A DNA stretch of 64,000 nucleotides from Promethearchaeota archaeon Loki_b32 (GCA_005223125.1 NJBH01000006.1:1-64000); one strand, 5' to 3'. Shown: positions 1 to 10,137, counted from the stretch's first letter. The notes: a model not told the origin generated them from the letters alone. Numbers and translations: made by a program.

Positions 1-1480
1 AATAAAAAATAAATTGGATAATAAAATAATTATTATGGTTTCTGGTAGAATTATTCCGAAATTTTATCCAATTTTAGTCTATTTAGGAATAGATTTAATT
101 GATTGTTCTTATTCCATGTTTTTATCCGCCGAAAACTTCTATGATACAATAGAATATCTATTACCAATATATAAGGTTAAATATCTCCCATGTTCCTGTG
201 TAGCTTGTAAGGGTAAATTAAATTATCTATTTAATAAGAAACATTCTGGTGAAAAAATTGATTTATTGAGTTTACACAATTTAATTACAGCATCAAACTA
301 TATGAAAAAGATCAAACAATATTTAAATTATGAAGATTATCGAGTTTTTGTAGAAAAATCATCTTTGGATGAAACAAATTTAATTTCGATTTTAAAGATA
401 TTAGATAAAAAATATTTTAATTATCTTAAATATGAAACACCGATAATACAAAAAAGTAAAAATATAAGATGTCTTGGTCCTTCTTCATATAATAGGCCAG
501 ATTTCCAGCATTTCAGGGAAAATGCTATTAAAAATTTTGAACCTGAATCATGGACAAGATTAATTATTTTATTACCATGTTCTTCTAAAAAACCTTATTC
601 AAAATCAAAATCACATAAAGCATTTTATAATGTTATAAGAAAATTTTCAGAGTTTCCAGATTTTCAAGAGTTTATTTTAACATCACCATTAGGAGTCATA
701 CCAAGACAATTAGAGAATATTTATCCGGCGAATTCTTATGATATATCCGTAACGGGTGAATGGGATAATGAAGAAATAAATATTACCGCAGAAATGCTTA
801 TTAGAATGGTAGAAAAATACGAACCTGAGATTCCAATTCTATGTCATTTAAAAGATGGATATCTTGAAATTGCAAAGAAGGCTTCTTCTAAATTACCTCA
901 TAATTTTGTGTTCTCCGAAATTCAAGATAAAACAACTTCTATGGAATCACTCCAATCTCTAGAGAACTTAATTAAAGAAAATATAAACAAATTCCAAGTG
1001 AAAAGCGATAAAATTGAAAATATATCGAAATCTTGGATTAGGAAATTTGTTAAGATTTTAGATTATCAATTTGGTATTGGTTCGGGCACTAAAGTTATTC
1101 CTAATGGACTAAAACCGATTCGAGTTAGAGGTAATGATCAGATTGATTTAAAGGATTTAGAAACTCAAGAAAAATTAGGGGTATTTAAGTATTCAACAGG
1201 TCAAATTGTTTTAACCCTTCCAGGACTTAAAAGATTAATTCAAACGCCAAATTCTATTAATTCAAACTATATTGTTTTTAATGGAGAAGAAATACGTGGA
1301 AATACTTTATTTCGAAAGGGTGTTTTAGATTATAGCTTGGATCTTATCCCGAACAGTCAGGTAGTGATAGTTGACGAAGCAAAGAAAAAGATAATTGGCA
1401 GTGGAGAGTTAATTGTAGGTTCTAATTTTATAAAAAATTCTAAAAGCGGGAGAATTGCAAAAATTTATGAATGGAAATAA
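1..1480 (+). CDS. arcS: Archaeosine synthase alpha subunit (ArcS/TgtA2), probably 5'-truncated by the window edge
   Basis: TGT-like Zn motif CSCVAC..HNL, LLPCSxKKPYSxSxSH, TSPLGVIPRQLE, YDISVTGEW and a C-terminal PUA-like domain. The frame is open to the window start and the gene overlaps RaSEA. Confidence 0.9.
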   Translation, partial: IKNKLDNKIIIMVSGRIIPKFYPILVYLGIDLIDCSYSMFLSAENFYDTIEYLLPIYKVKYLPCSCVACKGKLNYLFNKKHSGEKIDLLSLHNLITASNYMKKIKQYLNYEDYRVFVEKSSLDETNLISILKILDKKYFNYLKYETPIIQKSKNIRCLGPSSYNRPDFQHFRENAIKNFEPESWTRLIILLPCSSKKPYSKSKSHKAFYNVIRKFSEFPDFQEFILTSPLGVIPRQLENIYPANSYDISVTGEWDNEEINITAEMLIRMVEKYEPEIPILCHLKDGYLEIAKKASSKLPHNFVFSEIQDKTTSMESLQSLENLIKENINKFQVKSDKIENISKSWIRKFVKILDYQFGIGSGTKVIPNGLKPIRVRGNDQIDLKDLETQEKLGVFKYSTGQIVLTLPGLKRLIQTPNSINSNYIVFNGEEIRGNTLFRKGVLDYSLDLIPNSQVVIVDEAKKKIIGSGELIVGSNFIKNSKSGRIAKIYEWK

Positions 1481-2567
1481 GGATCTATTGGTAGATCGTA
1501 CATCTCTGATTGAGAAAATTTATTCAATTAAACAAAATGCTCAAAAAAGGAGAACTAATTATAGGGAAGGACAATTAAATCGTCCAGTTAGTTTTTGGAT
1601 AAAAGAAGATAGACTTATAAGTGAAATAGGAAAGGATTTCACAATTATTTTACGAACTAGAGGATGTAGTTGGGCATTAAGTGAACACGGAGGGTGTTCT
1701 ATGTGTGGTTATTATCTAGATGCCAACAAAAAAGATGTATCAGCTACTCAAATAATAAATCAGTTTGATCATGCTTTTGATGATAAGATAAATGAAATCA
1801 CACAAGATTCCAACAATTTTATACTTAAAATATTCAACTCTGGAAGCTTTTTGGATGAAATTGAAATACCTAAAAACGTTCGAAATTACATCCTTGAAAA
1901 AATCTCAAAAGTAGAAAAAATTAAGGAGATTGTTATTGAATCTCGAGTTGAGTACATAACTTCGGAAAAATTAGTAGAAATAAATCAATTTCTTGACAAC
2001 AAACATATTGAAATTGCTGTTGGGCTTGAAACTGTAAATGATTATATTAGAAATTGTTATATAAATAAAGGAGTTTTATTTAAAGATTTTAAAAATGTTT
2101 TAAATCTATGTAAAGACCATGGTGTTGGTGTAAAAGTATATCTATTATTTAAACCGCTTTTTTTAAATGAACAAGCGGCAATTGATGATTGTATCAATTC
2201 TATACAAACATTAATAAGTTTAGGAGTGAATTCAATATCAATCAATCCAATGAATATTCAAAAAGGAACTCTTGTAGAACAATTATGGTCCCAGAATAGA
2301 TACAAACCACCATGGTTTTATTCACTTTTTAAATGTTTAAAAAAATCAGTCAATGGAAAAGACTTAGAAAAAACACGACTTTTGTGTGATCCTTCTGGAG
2401 CCGGTACAAAAAGAGGAATTCATAATTGCTTGAAGAGGGAATGTGAAAGTTCAGCAAAAGAAAGACTTAAACATTTTGTTCTCTCTCAGGATTTGAGCGA
2501 GTTAGATCGAAATGGATATGAATGTACCTGTAAGAAAAAGTATACCTTGAAGAAAGTTTTTTACTGA
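1455..2567 (+). CDS. Radical SAM enzyme for archaeosine formation (RaSEA)
   Basis: TRGCSW-x5-GCSMC, KIFNSGSFLD, IESR, GLET, YxPPW and RGIHNC motifs; adjacent to arcS. Confidence 0.9.
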   Translation: MQKFMNGNKDLLVDRTSLIEKIYSIKQNAQKRRTNYREGQLNRPVSFWIKEDRLISEIGKDFTIILRTRGCSWALSEHGGCSMCGYYLDANKKDVSATQIINQFDHAFDDKINEITQDSNNFILKIFNSGSFLDEIEIPKNVRNYILEKISKVEKIKEIVIESRVEYITSEKLVEINQFLDNKHIEIAVGLETVNDYIRNCYINKGVLFKDFKNVLNLCKDHGVGVKVYLLFKPLFLNEQAAIDDCINSIQTLISLGVNSISINPMNIQKGTLVEQLWSQNRYKPPWFYSLFKCLKKSVNGKDLEKTRLLCDPSGAGTKRGIHNCLKRECESSAKERLKHFVLSQDLSELDRNGYECTCKKKYTLKKVFY

Positions 2568-2643
2568 AAAGTTATGCATGAGAAATGAAAATCTCAAAAG
2601 TATATGGGGTGTATTATATTGATTCTTATTATTCAATAATGAG

Positions 2644-2705
2644 TAACTTTGGAAGGATTCGAACCTCCGACCAAAGCAATGCTCTACTAACTAAGCAACA
2701 AAGAC
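2644..2705 (-). pseudogene. tRNA-like element or pseudo-tRNA lacking an anticodon arm
   Basis: Minus strand reads GTCTTTG TT GCTT-AGTTAGTA-GAGC A TTGCTTT GGTC GGAGG-TTCGAAT-CCTTC CAAAGTT A, giving a D arm, a T arm and an imperfect acceptor stem. Confidence 0.65.
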
Positions 2706-2926
2706 TTTGATTAAAAAATAGAATATAAGAAATATTTATATTAAAAAACTGATCAGATTTATTAAATTGAACATTCTAGATTAAATCTTGAAAAATGAAA
2801 TCTAATTATACTCCATATCATGGGAACCAATGAATCAGGGATCTTGAATCAATCCATCCTCCCGATTGCCACAAGATCAGCAACTTATAGGATGACGATG
2901 ATAATGGAAAAAAAACCTATAGGATT

Positions 2927-3424
2927 TTATCTTGAAGGTTTCTTTAGCTTTCTACTTAGAATCATTGAGATTAAGCAAATAATGCTGATTAAAAGGAATA
3001 GATTATATCCGAAAATAGTAGGTTCGCCTTTTTTAGGATTTTCTATGACGATCTTTATATAATTAGAAATACTTTGCCCATAATTATTACGAGCAACAAC
3101 TATAAAATAATAGGTACCTATAGGATAATCCGTTAATGCAAGCGAACGATCCTTGGTTTCATTTAATAGTAGAGTTAGACTACCATTTATGACAGTTATT
3201 TCCTCAGAATGTTGATAAACAGAATAATTTGAGGCTCTATCAGCAATAGTCCAAGTTAAAATAAAATTTCCATCTGTATCTAGATTTCCCGCATTAGATG
3301 ATAACACAAAAGGATCAGGAGGTTGAGTCTTTACAGAAAGTTCATAATTCTGAATACGAGCAATCAACGGATAATAGTCAAGATAAAAAATAATGTTAAA
3401 TGAGATTAAAAATCTTAATATCAA
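2927..3424 (-). CDS. Surface protein (possibly a fragment) with a beta-sandwich/Fn3-like domain and a Loki-CTERM-like sorting tail
   Basis: LTW..YSVY..GTYYFIVVARNNYG, then IFGY + hydrophobic helix + basic tail. Confidence 0.65.
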   Translation of the reverse strand: MILRFLISFNIIFYLDYYPLIARIQNYELSVKTQPPDPFVLSSNAGNLDTDGNFILTWTIADRASNYSVYQHSEEITVINGSLTLLLNETKDRSLALTDYPIGTYYFIVVARNNYGQSISNYIKIVIENPKKGEPTIFGYNLFLLISIICLISMILSRKLKKPSR

Positions 3425-3723
3425 GCCAGATTCCTTCTTTATTTTATGTCTTTTTATCTACATATTTGTACCATAATGTTTTCAAGAAATAACCTCAAAT
3501 GTCAGATAGTCATATTAAAAGATGCAGATGATCTCCTTAAAAATACCAATTACAAAAAAATTACTCATAGTAATCTTTTTCAGGGAATTTTTCCAAAAAA
3601 ACTCTTTTTAGATTATTAGTCCCTTAATTTACCTTTTTGTAACAATGGGAAATAAAAACCATTATATTTAAATATTAGCAACCATCATTTATTTTAATTT
3701 CATCCACTCAGCAAGGGGATCTC

Positions 3724-3978
3724 TTGAAAAAGAACTGGGTTAAATTGAATCTATTCTATATTGGACAATCAACAAAGAAACATCAAATCTTTAGAGCAAA
3801 ACAATGGAATAAGAGCTTAGAAAAGATTTTTAAAAACATAATTTATAATGAAAAATACGAAAAAATTGGATTTATTAAAGATATATTTGGTCCTATAAAT
3901 TTTCCCTTTATCTCTATAAAAATCTTACCTAATCAATCCTTTAACCCTAATGATAAATTCTTCACTAAGGTAGCCTAG
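3724..3978 (+). CDS. gar1: H/ACA RNP subunit Gar1/Naf1 family
   Basis: IGFIKDIFGPINFPFISIK motif; gar1 upstream of tfb is a common archaeal arrangement. Confidence 0.75.
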   Translation: MKKNWVKLNLFYIGQSTKKHQIFRAKQWNKSLEKIFKNIIYNEKYEKIGFIKDIFGPINFPFISIKILPNQSFNPNDKFFTKVA

Positions 3979-4023
3979 TATTTTTAAAAGCTTTTTAAAT
4001 TAAAAAAATATTTTAAAAAAAAG

Positions 4024-5001
4024 GTGTGTTTTATTTCAAGTTGGAAAGAAGTGAGTCCAGAATTAGATGAACAGCTAAATTCTGAAAGCAATATATGTAC
4101 CGAATGCGGGGAAGATATTTTTTTTGATGAAAATAGAGGATTAATAGTCTGTGAAGAATGTGGTTTAGTTCATTCAGAAAAACATATTGATCGTGGACCA
4201 GAATGGAGAGCTTTTGATGCTGAACAGAAAAAGAAGAGAACACGCACTGGTGCTCCGATGACTTATATGATACATGATAAAGGGCTTAGTACAATGATAG
4301 ATTGGAAAAATCGAGATATCTTTGGCAAGGAAATACCCGCAAAATTAAGAGGACAAATATATAGACTTCGTAAATGGCAAAGCCGTATTAGAGTATCTGA
4401 CGCAACTGAAAGGAATCTTACATTTGCTTTGAGTGAACTTGATCGTATGGCTTCAAATTTAGATCTCCAAAAAAATTTGCGAGAATGCTCAGCTAAAATA
4501 TATCGAGATGCCGTTAAAGCCCATTTAATTCGTGGTAGAAGTATAGAAGGGGTTGCTGCTGCTAGTTTATATGCCGCTTGCAGAATGTATAAAGTCCCAC
4601 GCACTTTAAACGAGATAGCTGAAGTAGCTCGTGTAGATAAGAAGGAAATTGGGCGATCTTTTAGATTTATTTCAAATAAATTAGAATTAAACTTAAATCC
4701 TACAAAACCTTTGGATTTTCTTACAAGATTTATATCAGAATTAGAGTTAACTAATAAATGCCAAAAAATGGCAAAAGTAATAATTAGAATGGCAGAAGAA
4801 AGAGGTTTAACTTCTGGAAGAGGTCCAACTGGAGTTTGTGCTGCGGCTATTTATGCTTCGTCTATTTTAACAAATGAAAGGAGAACTCAAAGGAAAATAG
4901 CACGTATAAGCTGTGTAACTGAAGTAACAGTTCGCAATCGTTTCAGTGAACTTGTGGAAAATCTTAACTTGGAATCTCATTTAAAAAAAAGCCATAAATG
5001 A
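4024..5001 (+). CDS. tfb: Transcription initiation factor IIB
   Basis: Zn ribbon CxxC..CxxCG, GPEWRAF, HDKGLST, two cyclin repeats ([18 protein letters not shown]). Confidence 0.98.
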   Translation: MCFISSWKEVSPELDEQLNSESNICTECGEDIFFDENRGLIVCEECGLVHSEKHIDRGPEWRAFDAEQKKKRTRTGAPMTYMIHDKGLSTMIDWKNRDIFGKEIPAKLRGQIYRLRKWQSRIRVSDATERNLTFALSELDRMASNLDLQKNLRECSAKIYRDAVKAHLIRGRSIEGVAAASLYAACRMYKVPRTLNEIAEVARVDKKEIGRSFRFISNKLELNLNPTKPLDFLTRFISELELTNKCQKMAKVIIRMAEERGLTSGRGPTGVCAAAIYASSILTNERRTQRKIARISCVTEVTVRNRFSELVENLNLESHLKKSHK

Positions 5002-5179
5002 CTAAACATGATATTTTTTTACATTTTACAGGAAGACTAAATCATCATATTATTTGGAATTTTTTTCATAATATCTTAGTAATATTGGCGATATGTCTTA
5101 TTTTGCTAAAATTCATGCGTTCTTTAACGATAGAATGATATCATCTTCATATTATAGCATTTAATGATATTTTATCAAC

Positions 5180-5557
5180 ATGATCATATTAGATCATATT
5201 AATGGATTAGGTGTTGTAATATTGGATAATCTAATTAACGAGAGTGAAGTAAAGTATTTCTTATACAGGATAGAAAAAAACTTTCCTAATTTTGTTGCGG
5301 GGATAATTACTGATAGACATGGGTTCCCTGTTGCTTCAAAAATCTCAAATAAATTGTGGATTCTTGAAAACACTTTAGCTTTATCCGCGATTACTAAAAA
5401 TAAAGTGTTTATAGAAGACTCTAAGCTAGTACAAATTAAACGAGATTTAGATAAATCAAAAAATTACAAGTTGTTGATATTATTACAAAAGTCTAAGGAA
5501 TATAAGAGTCGTTTAAAACCGTTAAAATCTTTAATTAAATCGCAGGATCTTTTCTAA
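5180..5557 (+). CDS. Divergent roadblock/LAMTOR-like protein
   Basis: GIITDRHGFPVAS motif. Confidence 0.5.
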   Translation: MIILDHINGLGVVILDNLINESEVKYFLYRIEKNFPNFVAGIITDRHGFPVASKISNKLWILENTLALSAITKNKVFIEDSKLVQIKRDLDKSKNYKLLILLQKSKEYKSRLKPLKSLIKSQDLF

Positions 5558-5764
5558 GAATAATATTTACTGAAAAGAATTTAAAATTATTCTTTATCGC
5601 GAACCGTAGAAAAATAACTAGTTTACTTAAATTTTTATATTTAGAATTTCTTCATTATCTAAAGTAGGTGTAAGGTAAAAATATAAAGATAAGTTTAAAT
5701 AAATATTTTTTAACCTTAAAGAAACTGTCAATAAAAGATAATAAATTAATAGGTTGACTACTAT

Positions 5765-6235
5765 TTGAATTATTCCGAGGACGAGCTTAGATTAAAGAAG
5801 ATTTTAACTACAATTATCAATAGTACACTAGGACTAAAATATGCTCTTTTGACTGATGATACAGGAATAACTATTTTAAGTCAATCTAAATTTAAATTTT
5901 CTGAAGATAATGGGACTTCCGTAGAGAAAATTGGCGCCATTGGAGGTGCTGTTTTTGTAGCTGGCGAAGAACAGGGTCATATTTTAGGATATGGATCCAT
6001 CAATCTCCAAATAACCGAATATTTTGAGGGAATGATTTTTTCAATGAAAGTTGGTAAAGGAGTGTTGTGTATTGTGGCGGACAAGAATGCACAAATAGGA
6101 TTTATCAGAGCAATTATGAAAAAATGGGGACCCTTAATCGGTGAAATTTTAGGCAGATATCTTCAAGCCGATCAGGCAGAACTCGGAAAAGAAATGAAAG
6201 AACTATTTAGATCTGATTCTATGGGTATGTTATAG
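5765..6235 (+). CDS. Roadblock/LC7 (MglB/LAMTOR2-like) protein
   Basis: ALLTDDTGITILS, IGAIGGAVF, EYFEG, LCIVADKNAQIGFI pattern. Confidence 0.8.
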   Translation: MNYSEDELRLKKILTTIINSTLGLKYALLTDDTGITILSQSKFKFSEDNGTSVEKIGAIGGAVFVAGEEQGHILGYGSINLQITEYFEGMIFSMKVGKGVLCIVADKNAQIGFIRAIMKKWGPLIGEILGRYLQADQAELGKEMKELFRSDSMGML

Positions 6236-6339
6236 AACAAGTCTGTCTTTTTAAAAGCAGATTCTGTAATTGACTTAATTTTTTCAAGAGAAAAATGGCA
6301 ATAATAACATTTTTATTTTCAATACTCTATTATAATACT

Positions 6340-6638
6340 GGGAAAGCGATGATGGAATAACCGCTTCTTCGAGGACTCATATGAATAAAAAATGATTATG
6401 CAGTGCAAAACGATGCGAATATTCGGAGTTTAATAATCAATAAATGCAAAATTAAAATGGGCTTTTTACTGAGCAATGGTAAAAACCACAGCAATGAAGC
6501 TAAAGTCAGCAACCCAGATTGCAGACATGATTATGTCCCAAAGTCAAATGCCTGACACGAGAGAACGTCTTTGATCTAAAGGGAAGATTTCCTTAAAATG
6601 AAAAAGACCGTGTTAGTGTTTCAGGCGACATACTTCCC
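6340..6638 (+). ncRNA. Candidate structured RNA with K-turn hairpins followed by ACA (H/ACA-like)
   Basis: Hairpins 6445-6523 and 6550-6626 each contain UGA...AAUGA K-turn geometry and are each followed by gACA (6525-27, 6628-30). GGGAAAG/CTTCCC could close the ends. Confidence 0.45.
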
Positions 6639-6862
6639 TAAATTATTAAAAAATGATTAAGTTATAAATTAACTTAAAAACCTATCCATATCCCCAACCC
6701 CACGTTTTACTGAATTAGTCAGTGATTTATAAAAATAACCTTTATATGGTAATCTGATTCCAGTGTTGTTGGTTTTGGTTAGCCTGTTATTAATCGTTTC
6801 GACAATTATTTTATTATTTGCAGTCTAACATTTTTGGAGAAATAATGGCATCAAAACTGTTT

Positions 6863-7357
6863 TTAAGAGAAAGGAAAAGGATCTTTTTTATTTACACCTT
6901 TAATTCTATCTTCGATTCTTGATATCAAACTAGTTAAACAATCAAAGAGAATTTTTCTTATTTGTTCATAAGTAATATCGATTTCTATATCATTACTATT
7001 ACGAAAATCGTCATCTTTATAAAGTGATTTAAATACATTTTTAGTTTTAAGGATTTTATAAGAGCTATCTACTATAAACGCATACATGCTTTCACTTTCA
7101 TATTCTTTTTTCATTATTAGTGAAAGCATGACAAATTCTTTTTTCCCACGTGCCCATTCAGAAGGGATCTCGAAATTAAAATTGATGATTTTCTTTTTTT
7201 TAGTAATGAGAACAATTTCAAAAAAGGTTTCATCAATTTCCAAATCGAAAAACTTCAATAATCTATTTATAATGTCTTCTTCAAGTTTTTCATTAGGATA
7301 TGACATCAATACACTTGGACCTTTAATTTGATGAAAATAAGTAAGGACTAAGTGCAT
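6863..7357 (-). CDS. Longin/uDENN-like domain protein
   Basis: N-terminal LVLTYFHQIKGPSVL motif and FEIPSEWARG, typical of Asgard longin-like proteins. Confidence 0.55.
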   Translation of the reverse strand: MHLVLTYFHQIKGPSVLMSYPNEKLEEDIINRLLKFFDLEIDETFFEIVLITKKKKIINFNFEIPSEWARGKKEFVMLSLIMKKEYESESMYAFIVDSSYKILKTKNVFKSLYKDDDFRNSNDIEIDITYEQIRKILFDCLTSLISRIEDRIKGVNKKDPFPFS

Positions 7358-7438
7358 AATTTTTTACCAAAAGTTTATTAAAATATAAATTTAGAAAATT
7401 TAAAATTAATTTAATAGAAAAGGATTTAATTGAATTTA

Positions 7439-8194
7439 CTAATAATATTTTTTTATTAATAATAGAATATCATCATATGATCCTAGCAATTGCTTAACAT
7501 TTGAATTTCCTAATCCTTTACGAGGTGCACCACCAAAAATAATCCGCCCATTTTCAAGCATAAGCATTTTTTTTGCCCAATGTTCAATGAAAAATAAATT
7601 ATGAGATGTAAAGAGTATTGTTATCCCATTTTCTTTTCTTAGATTCTCTAGGATTTTAAGATGATTGTAAATTGATTTAAAGTCAAGATTTGCAAAAGGT
7701 TCATCTAATATTAACAATCTAGGTTTCATTGCTAACAAACCGGCCAAAGCTGCTCTTTTTCTTTGACCCCAAGAAAGATTAAATGGGGAATAATTTTTAA
7801 ATTCTGATAATTGTACTGCTTCTAAAGCCCAATCAACTCTTCTTTTAACTTCTTTCTCATCAAGCTTTAAATTTCTTGCTCCAAAACTAATATCTTCTTC
7901 AATAGTTGGAGCAAATAATTGGTTATCAGGATTTTGGAATAAAAAACCAATTGATTTTCTAATCTCCCATAATTCTTGTTTATCTCTTGTAAGCGTATTA
8001 TTAAAAATCTTAACTTTTCCCGTTTGAGGTTTTAATAATCCAACTAATAACCTTAATAAAGTTGTTTTTCCTGAACCATTGTTTCCAGTAAGTCCACAAA
8101 TGACTTTTTCCTCTAGTTTAAAAGATATATTTTGTATTTTAAAACCCGAATTATAACTAAAATTCAAATTTTCTACTTCTACGGCATAATTAAT
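7439..8194 (-). CDS. cbiO: ECF transporter ATPase (CbiO); probable ATT start at 8194
   Basis: GNNGSGKT, FQNPDNQLF, LSWGQ, LDEP; the frame extends to (M)NYAVEVENLNFSY. Confidence 0.92.
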   Translation of the reverse strand: MNYAVEVENLNFSYNSGFKIQNISFKLEEKVICGLTGNNGSGKTTLLRLLVGLLKPQTGKVKIFNNTLTRDKQELWEIRKSIGFLFQNPDNQLFAPTIEEDISFGARNLKLDEKEVKRRVDWALEAVQLSEFKNYSPFNLSWGQRKRAALAGLLAMKPRLLILDEPFANLDFKSIYNHLKILENLRKENGITILFTSHNLFFIEHWAKKMLMLENGRIIFGGAPRKGLGNSNVKQLLGSYDDILLLIKKYY

Positions 8195-8982
8195 GTAAAT
8201 ACACCTTGATAAATTGATTCTAAATTAATTATAAAAATAAAACTAATGATCATGAATACGAATAAAACTAATAGCCCAACATCAGTTGCTTTCAATTTTT
8301 TTGGAGCAAATGTAATTTTACCAGAAAAACCTCGCATCTTTAGGCTTTCATATAGTTTTTCACTTCTTTCCATATTCATTATAATACTCTTGCCCATTAT
8401 ATAAGCGTGAGTCTTTAATTTTTGCCAATAAGAAGTGATTTTTTTACCTCTCATTTCTTGTGCTTCTAATATCTTTTTATTAGATCCTGCTAAGATAGGG
8501 ATATAATGTAACATTATTATTAAAGATCCTACAAAAAAAGATGGAATTCTTAATTTTGTTAAGGCTTCTATAAATTCTGAATAAGTTAAAGAAGAAAAAA
8601 ATGACATAAAAACAAATAAAGAGCAAAAAGCTCTTAGAAAAATAAGAGAAGCAAGATATAATCCTTCTTTATAAATTGTTATACTAATTCCAATATTAAA
8701 ATTATAAAAAACAGTCCCCCCCACGTATAATGGAATGAATACTGTCATTAAAAAAATAAAAGGGATAACTACTTTTAGTCTTGAAACAATTTCTATAATA
8801 TTTAATCGAAATAATAAATCAAAGGTTAAAATAACTAAGAAAATGGTAAATATTAGATAAAAATCTTTTATAACTAGAAAGGGTATTACTAAAATAAATG
8901 GTAAAATTAACCGAATTAATGGATGAATCTTATTTAAAGAATTTTTTGCTTCTTCATGTCTAAATGGTAATATTGTTTTCAA
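8179..8982 (-). CDS. cbiQ: ECF transporter T component (CbiQ)
   Basis: TM helices plus AQEMRG and SLKMRG motifs. Confidence 0.9.
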   Translation of the reverse strand: MKTILPFRHEEAKNSLNKIHPLIRLILPFILVIPFLVIKDFYLIFTIFLVILTFDLLFRLNIIEIVSRLKVVIPFIFLMTVFIPLYVGGTVFYNFNIGISITIYKEGLYLASLIFLRAFCSLFVFMSFFSSLTYSEFIEALTKLRIPSFFVGSLIIMLHYIPILAGSNKKILEAQEMRGKKITSYWQKLKTHAYIMGKSIIMNMERSEKLYESLKMRGFSGKITFAPKKLKATDVGLLVLFVFMIISFIFIINLESIYQGVFTLIMP

Positions 8983-9141
8983 CTTATTAGACCTCTTTGA
9001 TTTTGTGTTTTGAAATAATTTAATTAAGTTTCATACTAGATTCTAATTTTTTCATATTATTTAATAATGATACTAAATTATGAAAAAATATTATTTATTC
9101 CAAAAAAATTAATCGATAATAAAATAAAGGTTAAAAAAAAA

Positions 9142-10137
9142 ATGCATATACCAGATGGATTATTGGATCCAGCTACTATAATTATCCTTTGGATCATAGT
9201 CATAGCTGTTATGATTCTTGGATATTTTAAGATGGGAAAATTTTTTGAGAAAGAGGATTCTGACAAATTAATTCCTTACATCGGAGTTTTGGCAGCAGTA
9301 ATTTTTGCTTTTCAATTTGTAAATTATCCTGTCCCTGGAGGGACTTCTGGTCATTTAATTGGAGGAACTCTTGTCGCAGTTATATTAGGTCCATGGGCAT
9401 CAGTAATTATTCTCTTTTTAGTTTTAATTGTTCAAAGTTTATTCGGAGATGGAGGGATATTGGCTTTAGGAGCAAACGCATTCAACATGGGCATAATTGG
9501 AGGAATGATTGGATTTTATATTGTAGTATTTATAGTAAAAATCCTAAAGAAAACATCTATTAGAAAAGAAATGAAAGTTACGATTGCAACAGCTATCGGT
9601 TCTTATATTTCTATTGTTTTAGCCTCTTTTATTTGTGGTATTGAAATCAGCATTTCGGGAGCAGTTCCTGTTGAGATTGCCATTCCTGCTATGGTTTACT
9701 GGCACCTTTTAATAGGTATTGGCGAAGCTATTATTTCTGCTTTAATTGTATTTTATATTTACAAAGTAAAACCAGAGATTATTATGACAGAATCAACAAT
9801 GACAGAAAAAGTCATAACTATTAATATATCAAAGTATAAAAAACCGATAATTTCTATATTTGCAGTTATTGCAGTACTAATGTTGATGATAGCAGTAGGA
9901 TTTACGATTGGAATTTTATCAGATGCCCCAGATGGATTAGAACGTGTATTGATCGACCAAAATAGCGAATCTTGGCTTGAAAGTTTAGTATCTCCCTGGG
10001 AACCTATATTTAGTTGGATAACAAGTGATTATGGAGCAGCAATTTTGGGTATTGCTGTGTCTGTTATTTTGATGTCTTCTGCTTTTTATTTAATTATTCG
10101 TTATAAAAAGAAGAATTCAATAAGTATTGTTCAATAA
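9142..10137 (+). CDS. cbiM: Co/Ni ECF S component CbiM/NikM fused to a PDGLE (N) domain
   Basis: MHIPDG metal-binding N-terminus fixes the start at 9142; GTSGHLIGG, GDGG, C-terminal APDGLE. Confidence 0.93.
   Translation: MHIPDGLLDPATIIILWIIVIAVMILGYFKMGKFFEKEDSDKLIPYIGVLAAVIFAFQFVNYPVPGGTSGHLIGGTLVAVILGPWASVIILFLVLIVQSLFGDGGILALGANAFNMGIIGGMIGFYIVVFIVKILKKTSIRKEMKVTIATAIGSYISIVLASFICGIEISISGAVPVEIAIPAMVYWHLLIGIGEAIISALIVFYIYKVKPEIIMTESTMTEKVITINISKYKKPIISIFAVIAVLMLMIAVGFTIGILSDAPDGLERVLIDQNSESWLESLVSPWEPIFSWITSDYGAAILGIAVSVILMSSAFYLIIRYKKKNSISIVQ

Noticed and set aside
6345-6385. Fluoride-riboswitch-like words (GCGATGA...TAACCGC...GACTC)
   Set aside because: The P1 stem and GCUGAUGAC segment are missing, and no relevant gene lies downstream on that strand
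6340-6640. RNase P RNA, SRP RNA or SECIS as the identity of the structured region
   Set aside because: No GAGGAAAGUCC/P4 or SRP helix-8 consensus. The K-turn orientation is opposite to SECIS, and no in-frame-UGA selenoprotein was found nearby.
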